Positions 9,252-18,070 of a stretch of 64,000 nucleotides of DNA are shown piece after piece. The notes under the pieces are model-generated. The model was not told the DNA's origin, ran no database searches, and saw nothing but the letters and a program-made list of their open reading frames with translations. Position 1 is the stretch's first letter. The number at the start of each line of letters is the position of its first letter. The stretch is taken from assembly GCA_042408445.1 (NCBI GenBank), contig JBHORC010000023.1, positions 11,920-75,919 on the forward strand. Reading direction: 5' to 3'. A program made the position numbers and the translations under genes. This stretch comes from Chloroflexota bacterium (GTDB lineage Bacteria > Chloroflexota > Limnocylindria > Limnocylindrales > CSP1-4).

Positions 9252-9860
9252 ATGGCGGCGAGTCGGCCCATCTCGCGCAGCAAGCGCGCGATGGACCTGA
9301 TCATCGTCCTGGCCGCCATGCCGATCCTGCTGCCGGTGATCGGCATCTGCGCGATCGCGGTCCGCCTGGACTCGCCCGGTCCGATCTTCTTCCGTCAGCA
9401 GCGAACCGGCCTGCACGGCGTCCGGTTCGGGATGTTCAAGTTCCGGACGATGGTCCAGAACGCGGAGGAGCTGAAGGCGTCCCTCGCCCATCTCAACGTC
9501 CTGCCGCCGCCGGACTTCAAGATCATCGACGACCCGCGGATCACGCGGGTCGGCAGGTTTCTCCGCAAGTCGAGCCTGGACGAGGTCCCGCAGGTCCTCA
9601 ACGTCCTCCGCGGCGACATGTCGATCGTCGGCCCCCGGCCGACCTCATTCGCCGCCTCGACCTACGAGCTCTGGCATGCGGAGCGGCTGGAGATCACGCC
9701 GGGGATCACGGGTCTCTGGCAGGTCCGCGGCCGCAACGAGTCGACGTTCGACGAGCGTCTGCGGCTCGACGTCGAGTACATCGCCAAACGCTCCGTCCTG
9801 TTCGACCTCCGAATCATCCTCGAGACGATCGGATCCGTGCTCAATCGCAAAGGGGCCTGA
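9252..9860 (+). CDS. small monotopic phosphoglycosyl (undecaprenyl-phosphate sugar) transferase, Bac_transf family
   Basis: RAMDLIIVLAAMPILLPV..., RLDSPGPIFFRQQRTGLHG, FGMFKFRTM, DDPRITRVGRFLRKSSLDEVPQ and GDMSIVGPRP. An alternative GTG start at 9246 overlaps the upstream stop. Confidence 0.9.
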   Translation: MAASRPISRSKRAMDLIIVLAAMPILLPVIGICAIAVRLDSPGPIFFRQQRTGLHGVRFGMFKFRTMVQNAEELKASLAHLNVLPPPDFKIIDDPRITRVGRFLRKSSLDEVPQVLNVLRGDMSIVGPRPTSFAASTYELWHAERLEITPGITGLWQVRGRNESTFDERLRLDVEYIAKRSVLFDLRIILETIGSVLNRKGA

Positions 9861-9864
9861 CATC

Positions 9865-12800
9865 GTGGGTTTGTTCCGCGCCGCTCGTGACCGTCGTTCG
9901 CTCAGCCGTCGACGGATCGCCCCAAGAACCACGAGCGCTGGTGCGGCACTCCTCCTGGTCGCCAGCTCCTTCGTCGTCGCGCCGGTCGTCACGGCCGCGG
10001 CCGGCGACATCGGGTTCGAGGGTCCGAGCTACACCGGGTCGAGCTCCGCTCCGTCTGGCTCGAAGCCCGAGAGCAAGCTCTGGTACAACGACGGCATCTG
10101 GTGGGCGGATCTCTGGAGCACGACGGCGAACGTCTTCCATATCTGGAGGCTGGACCTCGCGGGCCACCAGTGGATCGACACCGGCGTTGCCGTGGACCGC
10201 AAGGGCACGCGGGCAGACGCACTGTGGGACGGGACCAAGCTCTACATCCTGTCGCACGTCTACTCGACTTCCCCGGCAACCGGCAACCCGATGCGGCTGT
10301 ACCGGTACAGCTACAACTCGACGACGAAGGCGTACTCCCTCGACTCCGGCTTTCCCGCGACGGTCTCCGACTACAAGACCGAGACTGCCGTCTTCGACAA
10401 GGATTCGACCGGCCGGCTGTGGGCGACCTGGGTCCAGAACAACCAGGTCGTCGTGACGCACACGAACGGCACCGACAACGTGTGGGTGACGCCGTTCGTC
10501 CTGCCCGCCACGGGCACAACGGTGGATCCGGACGACATCTCGTCGATCATCGCCTTCAAGAAGGCCGGCGGAACACCGCGCATCGGCGTGATGTGGAGCA
10601 ACCAGGTCGACAGCAAGATGCACTTCGCGTTCCACAACGACGGCGCCGCGGACAGCGCCTGGGACGACAGCGCGATTGCGCTGCAGGGCACGAAGAACGC
10701 GGACGACCACATCAACCTGAAGTCGCTGGATTCGGACAACAGCGGACGCATCTTCGCCGTCACGAAGACGAGCCAGACGACCGGCAGCGCGCCGCTGATC
10801 ATGCTGCTGACCTTCACCCCGTCCGGCACGGCCGGGACCTGGTCAGCGACAACGGTCTCGCGGGTGTCCGACGGGCCGACACGGCCGATCGTCATCATCG
10901 ATCAGCAGGCGATGCAGGCCCATGTCTACATGACCGGACCGGTCGCCCCGGCGACCACGGGCGACAACGGCGGGAAGATCGTCGAGAAGGTCTCGTCCCT
11001 GTCCACGCTCGGCTTCCCGGTCGGCGCGGGCACGACGGTGATGCAGGACGCCTCCAGCCCGGCCATCAACAACGTCTCCTCGACGAAGCAGAACGTCAAC
11101 GCGACGACCGGGCTCGTCCTGATCGCGGGCAACGACTCGACGAGCCAGTACTGGTGGGCCTACGACGCGCTGGGCGGCACGCCGCCGCCGCCCGCTCCAC
11201 CGGTCGCCGCGTTCACCGAGGCCCCGCCGAGCGGGCCCGCGCCGCTCACCGTCCAGTTCACGGACACCTCGTCCAACACGCCGGCGAGCTGGGATTGGGA
11301 TTTCGGTGACGCCACCGCCCACAGCATGGCCGCGAACCCGAGCCACACCTACACGAGTCCGGGCACCTACACGGTCACGCTCGTCGCCAAGAACGGCGAC
11401 GGCCAGGACGACGCCACGAACACCGTGACCGTCGGGCAGCCGCTCGCGACGCAGACGTTCACGCCGACCGCCGACTCCTTCACGAGCCAGGCGAGCCCGA
11501 CGAAGAACTATGGAACGGACGCCGCCCTTCGGGTCCGGAACAGCAGCTCGTCGTTCCGCTCGTTCCTGAAGTTCAACGTCACCGGCCTGAGCGGGACGGT
11601 GCAGTCGGTCAAGCTCCGGCTCTGGGTCAACGACGCCAGCGCCAACGGCGGCTCGGTCTATCCCGTCTCGAGCGCCTGGACGGAGACCGGCACCGGATCG
11701 ATCACGTGGAACACGGCTCCTGCCCTGCCGGGCTCAGCGCTGAATGCCGTTGGGCCGGTGACAGCCATCGGGACGTGGGCAGAGGTCGATCTCGGTGCCG
11801 CCGCGGTCGCTGGTAACGGCACGGTCAGCTTCGCGATCGCCGGCGGCTCGTCCGACAGCGCGTACTACTCGAGCCGGACCGGGACGAACGCACCGCAGCT
11901 CGTCGTCTCGACGGACAGCGGTGGCCCGCCGCCGCCCAAGCCGGTCGCCGACTTCACGGCAAGCCCGCTCAACCCGACGACCGGGCAGAGCGTCCAGTTC
12001 ACGGACCAGTCGACGAACACCCCAACCAGCTGGGACTGGGACTTCGGTGATGGAACGACGCATGGTTCCACCGCCAACCCGACCCACGCCTACGCGAACC
12101 CCGGGCAGTACACGGTCAAGCTCGTCGCGACGAACGGCGGGGGCGCAAGCGATCCGGCGACGAAGTCCGCCTACATCACCGTCAGTGCCGCGCCGCCGCC
12201 CGCTCCGGTTGCCGCGTTCCATGCGGACCGGACGACCGGCACGGCTCCACTGGCCGTCCAGTTCACAGACGATTCGACGAATAGCCCGACCAGCTGGGCG
12301 TGGGACTTCGACAACGACGGAACGACCGACTCGACCGCGCAGAACCCGTCGTTCATCTACACCGCCCCCGGGCCGTACAGCGTGAAGCTCACGGCATCGA
12401 ACCTCGGGGGACCGGGCTCCACGACGAAGTCGAGCTACATCACGGTCAGCAGCGGCTCGACCACGACCTCGACGTTCTTGTCGACCCAGGACACGCGGCC
12501 GAACCAGGCCAACCCGACGTCACTGACCGGCGGGACGGACCCGGTGCTTCGCGTGCGGCTCGACCCGACCGGCGCCTATCACACCCTCGTTCGCTTCAAC
12601 GTGACGGGGCTGGCGGGGACGATCACGTCGGCCAAGCTCCGCCTGTTCTGCACGGACGCCAGCCCGAATGGCGGGACCGCGTACAAGACGAGCGGCGCGT
12701 GGAGCGAGGCCACGACGAACTGGAACAACGCGCCCGCCGCGACGAGCGGTGCGGCCGGGACCGCGCTGAATGTGGTCGCCGGGGCGTGGGCCGAGTTCGA

Positions 12801-12930
12801 CGTGACGGCCCTGGTGACCGGCAACGGCCAGGTCGATCTCCTCGTCCAGGACGGGAGCTCGAACAGCGCGTACTACTCGAGCCGGGAGGGCGCGAACCCG
12901 CCGCAGCTGGTGATCACCACCGGCCCGTAG
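9865..12930 (+). CDS. large secreted protein: N-terminal domain paralogous to 1700..3688, then PKD, DNRLRE/CBM96-like, PKD, PKD, DNRLRE/CBM96-like
   Basis: GTG 9865 and a signal peptide (ALLLVASSFVVAPVVTAAAG). Three LxVQFTDxSxNxPxSWxWDFGD PKD cores. Two LRVR...F(L/V)(K/R)FNVTGL...KLRL(W/F) modules ending in NAPQLVV/NPPQLVI. Confidence 0.75.
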   Translation: MGLFRAARDRRSLSRRRIAPRTTSAGAALLLVASSFVVAPVVTAAAGDIGFEGPSYTGSSSAPSGSKPESKLWYNDGIWWADLWSTTANVFHIWRLDLAGHQWIDTGVAVDRKGTRADALWDGTKLYILSHVYSTSPATGNPMRLYRYSYNSTTKAYSLDSGFPATVSDYKTETAVFDKDSTGRLWATWVQNNQVVVTHTNGTDNVWVTPFVLPATGTTVDPDDISSIIAFKKAGGTPRIGVMWSNQVDSKMHFAFHNDGAADSAWDDSAIALQGTKNADDHINLKSLDSDNSGRIFAVTKTSQTTGSAPLIMLLTFTPSGTAGTWSATTVSRVSDGPTRPIVIIDQQAMQAHVYMTGPVAPATTGDNGGKIVEKVSSLSTLGFPVGAGTTVMQDASSPAINNVSSTKQNVNATTGLVLIAGNDSTSQYWWAYDALGGTPPPPAPPVAAFTEAPPSGPAPLTVQFTDTSSNTPASWDWDFGDATAHSMAANPSHTYTSPGTYTVTLVAKNGDGQDDATNTVTVGQPLATQTFTPTADSFTSQASPTKNYGTDAALRVRNSSSSFRSFLKFNVTGLSGTVQSVKLRLWVNDASANGGSVYPVSSAWTETGTGSITWNTAPALPGSALNAVGPVTAIGTWAEVDLGAAAVAGNGTVSFAIAGGSSDSAYYSSRTGTNAPQLVVSTDSGGPPPPKPVADFTASPLNPTTGQSVQFTDQSTNTPTSWDWDFGDGTTHGSTANPTHAYANPGQYTVKLVATNGGGASDPATKSAYITVSAAPPPAPVAAFHADRTTGTAPLAVQFTDDSTNSPTSWAWDFDNDGTTDSTAQNPSFIYTAPGPYSVKLTASNLGGPGSTTKSSYITVSSGSTTTSTFLSTQDTRPNQANPTSLTGGTDPVLRVRLDPTGAYHTLVRFNVTGLAGTITSAKLRLFCTDASPNGGTAYKTSGAWSEATTNWNNAPAATSGAAGTALNVVAGAWAEFDVTALVTGNGQVDLLVQDGSSNSAYYSSREGANPPQLVITTGP
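11200..12450 (+). repeat. intragenic coding repeats: three PKD modules (about 11200-11440, 11941-12186, 12202-12450)
   Basis: The DNA string GTCCAGTTCAC(G/A)GAC...AGCTGGG(A/C)(T/C/G)TGGGA(T/C)TTCG recurs at about 11248, 11993 and 12256. Confidence 0.7.
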
Positions 12931-12951
12931 CGGCGTCTTCCGGGCGAGATC

Positions 12952-12977
12952 GAGGCCGGTCCTCGCGGACCGGCCTC
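12952..12977. terminator. GC-rich 11-bp hairpin between convergent genes (candidate bidirectional terminator, no U-tract)
   Basis: GAGGCCGGTCC-TCGC-GGACCGGCCTC, 22 nt after the stop at 12930. Confidence 0.4.
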
Positions 12978-13089
12978 TGCATGTCCGGGCCTTCGTCTGC
13001 GCGGGGCCGTTCGCGCGCCGTCGCGCGCCGGGGCGAGCGGCCGTTTGCGCGCGGCCGGCGCGGGGGCGAGCGGATCAGTGCCGCCTCCC

Positions 13090-13815
13090 TCAGCCGAGCG
13101 TGCCGCCCGGCGTCGTCTCGTGGACGGTGACGTTGCCGAGCCCGCGTTCGCCGAGGGCCCGGCGCAGCTCGTGCGGCGTCCCGGCGAGGAGCGGGAACGT
13201 GCCGTAGTGCATTGGCACCACGTCCTGGACGCCGAGCAGCTCGACGGCGATCGCCGCGCTCGCCGGATCCATCGTGAAGTGGCCACCGATCGGAAGGAAC
13301 GCCGCCTGGGGCCGGAACCGCTCGCCGATGAGTCGCATGTCGGAGAACACGTCCGTGTCGCCGGCAAAGTAGAAGCGGAAGCCGTCCTCGAGCTCCACGA
13401 CGAAGCCGACGGGCTCACCGAGATAGAGGGGCGTTTCCGCCCCGTGCAGATCGCCGGACGAGTGGTCCGCCCGGACCATCGTGACCCTGAGGCCGGCGGC
13501 GTCGACCGTCCCGCCCTTGTTCATCCCGATCAGGCCGTCCTTGTGGGCGTAGTTCCGGCCGAGCCAGAGACTCATCTCGTGGATGCACGGCCACGCCGGT
13601 CGCGTCCGGCTGGCAATCGAAAGCGCGTCCCCGAAGTGGTCCGCGTGGCCATGGGTGACGAGGAGCAGGTCGCAGCGGTCGACCTCGTCCGGGCGCTTCG
13701 GGCTTCTCGGGTTGCCGAACCACGGGTCGAACAGCATCGTCGTGCCGGCGGTCGTCCGGACCTCCCAGCAGGCGTGTCCGTACCAGGTGAAGGTGGCGCT
13801 GTCGGTGAGGGGCAT
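13090..13815 (-). CDS. metallo-beta-lactamase-fold metal-dependent hydrolase (UPF0173-like)
   Basis: MPLTDSATFTWYGHACWEV..., LLVTHGHADHFGD and FLPIGGHFTM. ATG at 13815. Confidence 0.8.
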   Translation of the reverse strand: MPLTDSATFTWYGHACWEVRTTAGTTMLFDPWFGNPRSPKRPDEVDRCDLLLVTHGHADHFGDALSIASRTRPAWPCIHEMSLWLGRNYAHKDGLIGMNKGGTVDAAGLRVTMVRADHSSGDLHGAETPLYLGEPVGFVVELEDGFRFYFAGDTDVFSDMRLIGERFRPQAAFLPIGGHFTMDPASAAIAVELLGVQDVVPMHYGTFPLLAGTPHELRRALGERGLGNVTVHETTPGGTLG

Positions 13816-13978
13816 CCGGGCAGACCTCCGAGGGGGCGAGCAGGTGAGCGAGCGGCGTCGCTCAGGGGTTGATCGCCGGATCATCGCGCGCCTGACGGAC
13901 GAGTGCAGGCTGGCGGCGGGCAATCGTGCGCCCGACGTTCGATTGCCGCGGCGCGCCGGCCAGGAGCCAGATGACGGA

Positions 13979-14845
13979 GTGTCGCGGGTCCTCGGCTACA
14001 CTCGCCCGGTGCCTGCCGAACGGATCGCCGAGAACCTCGCGTTCATCAACTGGACCGTCCTGACCGGCCTCGCCATCGGCTCGTTCGTCGCCGTGGTCGT
14101 CGCGCGGCTGCGGACCGACGCCACCCGCGGGTTCCTCGCCTTCACCGCGGCCTGCGCCGTTGTGCTCGGGGTGCTCGCGTTCCTGTCGGATCAGGCGCTC
14201 CCGCTTCCGCGCGCCGACTCGCCGATCCGGATCGATCCGGCCTTCGACGAGCCACGCCGCCTCGCCCTTGCCGCGTTTACGGCGATTGCTGCCGTCTACG
14301 TCGTCGCCCTCGTCCAGCGCCGGCGCTCGCCGGTCATCGCCGGTGCCGGACTCGCCGCCGCGGCCGCGACGCTCGTGTGCGGGGCGCTCGCGTGGGCCGG
14401 TGGGACGCTGCTCGCGGTTCCGCTGCTCCTCCAGCTCGCCGTGCTCGCGGTCGCGACCGGCGGCGTGTTCGCGGCGATGATCCTCGGCCACTGGTATCTC
14501 GTGACCCCGAAGCTGCCGGAGGCGCCGCTCATCCTGATCGCCCGCGGCCTCCTCGGCGTCGTGGCGCTCCAGGTCGTGCTGTTCGCTGTGTGGGTCTCAA
14601 CGGGCGCGGGGCCGGGCGGCGGCGGGCCGTTCGCCGTGCTCGTGGGGCCGTGGGCGCTGTTCGTGTGGTTGCGCCTGATCGTCGGGCTGATCTTCCCGCT
14701 CGTCGTGTCGTGGGCGGCCGTGCAGACGGCCCGGACGCGTTCGATGGAATCGGCGACGGGCCTCCTCTACATCAACGTCGGGACGATCGCCGCCGGGACG
14801 ATCCTCGCGGCCGGGCTCTATTTCGGGGCAGGCCTCCTGGTCTGA
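13979..14845 (+). CDS. polytopic integral membrane protein, unknown function
   Basis: About 8 hydrophobic segments. Start is uncertain (GTG 13979 or 14009). The next gene begins 20 nt after its stop. Confidence 0.5.
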   Translation: MSRVLGYTRPVPAERIAENLAFINWTVLTGLAIGSFVAVVVARLRTDATRGFLAFTAACAVVLGVLAFLSDQALPLPRADSPIRIDPAFDEPRRLALAAFTAIAAVYVVALVQRRRSPVIAGAGLAAAAATLVCGALAWAGGTLLAVPLLLQLAVLAVATGGVFAAMILGHWYLVTPKLPEAPLILIARGLLGVVALQVVLFAVWVSTGAGPGGGGPFAVLVGPWALFVWLRLIVGLIFPLVVSWAAVQTARTRSMESATGLLYINVGTIAAGTILAAGLYFGAGLLV

Positions 14846-14865
14846 GCCGGACGGATCGAGGGACG

Positions 14866-15528
14866 ATGAAGAACGATCGCGACTGGCTGCCGGGGGCACG
14901 CGAGGCGGACTGGGTCGACGCGCTGGCGCGGCCGCTGCTGCCCGCCCTCGCCGCGATCGAGGCCGCGGCGAGCGCCGCGCCGCAACGGATCCCGATCGTC
15001 GACCGCGACAGCGGCCGGGCGCTCTCGGCCCTTGCCGCCGGGCGGCGGCGGATCGTCGAGGTCGGCACGGCGTACGGCTACTCGACGCTGTGGCTCGCGC
15101 TCGGTCAGCCCGCCGACGGGACGATCGTGACGATCGATCCGGATCGCTCGCGGACGAATCTCGCCCGGGGCTGGTGGCGTGAGGCGGGGATCGCCGACGA
15201 CCGGATCCACGTGGTGAACGCGAAGGCGCTCGAGGCGTTCGACGCGAGGGAGGCGGCGCTCGCCGGACCGTTCGACCTGGCCTTCATCGATGCCCTGAAG
15301 CCCGAATACCTGGCGTACCTGGACGCGCTCGTCCCGCGGCTCGCACCGGGCGCGCTCGTCGTCGCGGACAACGTCCTGTGGAGCGGCCGCGTCGCCGACG
15401 AGACGAACGCGGACCGGGAGACCATCGCGCTCCGCGAGTTCGACGCCGCGGTTCTCCGCGACGATCGCTTCAACGCGACGATCCTGCCGGTGGGTGACGG
15501 CCTGCTCGTTGCCGGCTACCGGGGCTGA
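14866..15528 (+). CDS. class I SAM-dependent O-methyltransferase (family 3, caffeoyl-CoA OMT/YrrM-like)
   Basis: IVEVGTAYGYSTLWLA SAM motif, FIDALKPEYLAYLD and LVVADNVLWSGRV. Confidence 0.8.
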   Translation: MKNDRDWLPGAREADWVDALARPLLPALAAIEAAASAAPQRIPIVDRDSGRALSALAAGRRRIVEVGTAYGYSTLWLALGQPADGTIVTIDPDRSRTNLARGWWREAGIADDRIHVVNAKALEAFDAREAALAGPFDLAFIDALKPEYLAYLDALVPRLAPGALVVADNVLWSGRVADETNADRETIALREFDAAVLRDDRFNATILPVGDGLLVAGYRG

Positions 15529-15536
15529 ACCGGGGC

Positions 15537-16406
15537 GTGGCGATCGGCGGCGACGAGGCCCGGGCCCCGGGGAGTGGCGACTCGATCCCGCTCCGCCTGC
15601 GCGTTCGGCTGTTCGCCATCCAGCGCGAGCTCGCGGGAACCCGCGAGGTCGCTCTCGAGCTCCCGCCGGGCTCGACCGTCGAGGACGCCTGGTCCGCGGT
15701 GGTCGCTCGCCATCCCGGGCTCGCGCCCGGCCGACCGTCCGTCCGGTTCGCCCGGAACGGCGACTACGCCGAGGCTTCCACGCCTGTGGCGGACGGCGAC
15801 GAGGTCGCCTTCATCCCGCCGGTGAGCGGCGGCGCGGACGAGCCGAACGCCGGGCCGGCGCGACCGCCAGCCACCGCGAGGATCCTCGAGATCGTCGACG
15901 GCCCGCTGTCGCGGACGATCCTCGCCGACCTCGAGCAGCGGCTCGCGACGGACGAGGACGGCGCCGTCGTCGGGTTCATCGGGCGGACCCGCGTCTCGCC
16001 CGGGACGCCGGCGCCGGGCCAGGAGGCGGAGGCCGCGCGACACGCCGGCCGCTCCGTCGAGACGCTGGAGTACGAGGCCCACGAGCCGATGGCGCTCCGC
16101 GTCCTCGCGACGATCGCGGACGAGATCCGCGAGCGCTTCGCCGTGGAGCGGGTCGCGATCGTCCACCGAACCGGCGAGGTGCCGCTCGGCGAGGCGAGCA
16201 TCGCCGTGCTTGCCGTCGCGCCCCACCGCGACGCGGCGTTCCGGTCGGCCCGCTACGCGATCGACGAGACGAAGGCGCGCGCGCCGATCTGGAAGGCGGA
16301 GCGGTTCCGCGACGGCCACATCTGGATCGGCGAGCCGGCACGCGAGGGCCCCGCGACGGACGGTGCCGCCACGCCCGGAACCGTCGACGCCGACCCTGCC
16401 GGCTGA
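15537..16406 (+). CDS. molybdopterin synthase MoaD-MoaE fusion (MoaX-like)
   Basis: The N-terminal beta-grasp ends ...DGDEVAFIPPVSGG. It is followed by a MoaE core (GAVVGFIGRTR..., LEYEAHEPMA, ASIAVLAVAPHRDAAF, IDETKARAPIWKAERF). Confidence 0.8.
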   Translation: MAIGGDEARAPGSGDSIPLRLRVRLFAIQRELAGTREVALELPPGSTVEDAWSAVVARHPGLAPGRPSVRFARNGDYAEASTPVADGDEVAFIPPVSGGADEPNAGPARPPATARILEIVDGPLSRTILADLEQRLATDEDGAVVGFIGRTRVSPGTPAPGQEAEAARHAGRSVETLEYEAHEPMALRVLATIADEIRERFAVERVAIVHRTGEVPLGEASIAVLAVAPHRDAAFRSARYAIDETKARAPIWKAERFRDGHIWIGEPAREGPATDGAATPGTVDADPAG

Positions 16407-16421
16407 GGCATCCTTCGCGCG

Positions 16422-17993
16422 ATGGCCGATGACCTCGGACCGCTCGACCGACTGACCGAACGCGCCGAAACGCTGGCGGGCGCCTGGGCGGGCCGGGCCC
16501 GCGCATCCACGACGATCGGCCGCGAGCGCGCGCTCCTGCGGATGTTCGGTGTCAGCGGGCTCGACCGGGCGGGTCGGCCGCTCGCGTGGTCCGTCGTCGA
16601 CCGGTATCTCCTCGGCGGTCGGGGCCGCCTCGCCACGGGCGTCGTCCTGCCGTTCGCTCTGGCGCTCGTCGAGTACGACCTCGATCCGCAGCGGCTGGCG
16701 CTCGATGTCGCCTCCGGCGCGGTCGATCTCGGGATGGAGGCCGATCTCCTGAGCCAGCCGGACCGGCGGGCGATCGCCGAGCAGGAGGCGAGCCGCCAGG
16801 TGATCGCTGCGATCGATCGGATCGACGCGAACCGCACGGCCCGAGCGGAGCTGATCGCCGTCCTCGGCGAACCGGCGCGACCGCTCGTTGGCGCGGCGAT
16901 CGGCGAGCCGGACCTTGCCGGCGCGCTGGACGAGGCGCGAGCCGCGGTCGAGGCCGGGGCCGATCTGCTCGACGTCGACGTGCCGATCGGGCGGGAGCTC
17001 AGCGATCGGCTGAAGCGCGCCGGGATCGACGCGCCGGTCTGGCAGCCGCGCCGGGGCACCGGCCCGGTCGACAGCCTCGAGCAGGCACCGACGGGCAGCC
17101 AGCGGGCGCTCGGCGGGCTCCGTCGATCCCTGGATGAGGTCGCCGCCCAGCGGCGCGGATACGTCCGTCTCGGGATCGTGCCCCCGACGCTCGGCACACC
17201 GGAGAGCGCGGTGGTCGCCGCGTTCGAGCGGATCGACGTTGCGCGGTCCGATCCGCTCGGGGAGATCGTCGCCGGCCATGTCGCGCCGGAACGCGTCCTC
17301 GCCGATCACGCCTTCGGCCACGCGATCCTCGCCCGCGCCGGCGTGTCCGTCGTGATCGGCGCGGGACCGCTCGTCGTCGGCCCGGACCTCGCCCGGGGCG
17401 TGCCGTCGGAGCCGGCGGTCATCGCGGGCCGGGCGCTCGCGCTGCAGCTCCTCGGCGTCGCGATCGCCCGTGGCAACGGTCTGTCCGACGAGCAGATCCT
17501 CGTCGGTGGGCTGACCCCGTGGATCGTCGAGGAGAGCCAGCCCGTAGCGCGGGCGGCCGCCGAGATCGCCCTGCGCCGCGCGCTCATGCCGAGCCTCGGG
17601 ATCGTCCTCGACGAGCCGCCGCCGACGGCAGCCCACATCGAGCTGTGGCCGGCCGTCGTCGCCGCGATCCGGCCGGACGCCGGGACCGCCGCGGTCGTCC
17701 GTCATCGCCCGGACCGGGCGGTCATCAAGGAGACGAGGTTCAGCGCGGTCGTCTCGCGCGAGGTCGCGGCCGCGTATCAGGCGTTCGTGCTCGCGCCGGA
17801 CGCGCTCCGCCACGCCCGCGCCACCGCCGCGGCCGCGTTGCGGACGCTGGAGCAGCTGTCGGACGAGGGCTGGCGGGCGATCGTCGGCGATGGGCCGGCG
17901 GGTGGCCTCGACCGCCGGCTCGGCGAGGATTCCGTCACGGAGCGCTCGGACACATTCGACCCGCTCGCCCGCGAGCTCAGCCGGGCGGGCTAG
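16422..17993 (+). CDS. lysine 5,6-aminomutase alpha-subunit (KamD)-like TIM-barrel protein, orphan
   Basis: Colinear resemblance, from my recollection of the Clostridium KamD sequence, in GRERALLRMFGVSGLD, AAVEAGADLLDVDVPIG, GYVRLGIVPPTLGTPESAVVAAFERIDV and the C-terminal LEQLSDEGW...G. There is no KamE-like gene nearby. Confidence 0.5.
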   Translation: MADDLGPLDRLTERAETLAGAWAGRARASTTIGRERALLRMFGVSGLDRAGRPLAWSVVDRYLLGGRGRLATGVVLPFALALVEYDLDPQRLALDVASGAVDLGMEADLLSQPDRRAIAEQEASRQVIAAIDRIDANRTARAELIAVLGEPARPLVGAAIGEPDLAGALDEARAAVEAGADLLDVDVPIGRELSDRLKRAGIDAPVWQPRRGTGPVDSLEQAPTGSQRALGGLRRSLDEVAAQRRGYVRLGIVPPTLGTPESAVVAAFERIDVARSDPLGEIVAGHVAPERVLADHAFGHAILARAGVSVVIGAGPLVVGPDLARGVPSEPAVIAGRALALQLLGVAIARGNGLSDEQILVGGLTPWIVEESQPVARAAAEIALRRALMPSLGIVLDEPPPTAAHIELWPAVVAAIRPDAGTAAVVRHRPDRAVIKETRFSAVVSREVAAAYQAFVLAPDALRHARATAAAALRTLEQLSDEGWRAIVGDGPAGGLDRRLGEDSVTERSDTFDPLARELSRAG

Positions 17994-18070
17994 TCGCGCC
18001 GAAGCCCTCGTGGCGTGCCGTCCAGGCGCCGCGCCGCGCCGCGCCCCTCGCTGGGAGCAACCCCGCGGCC

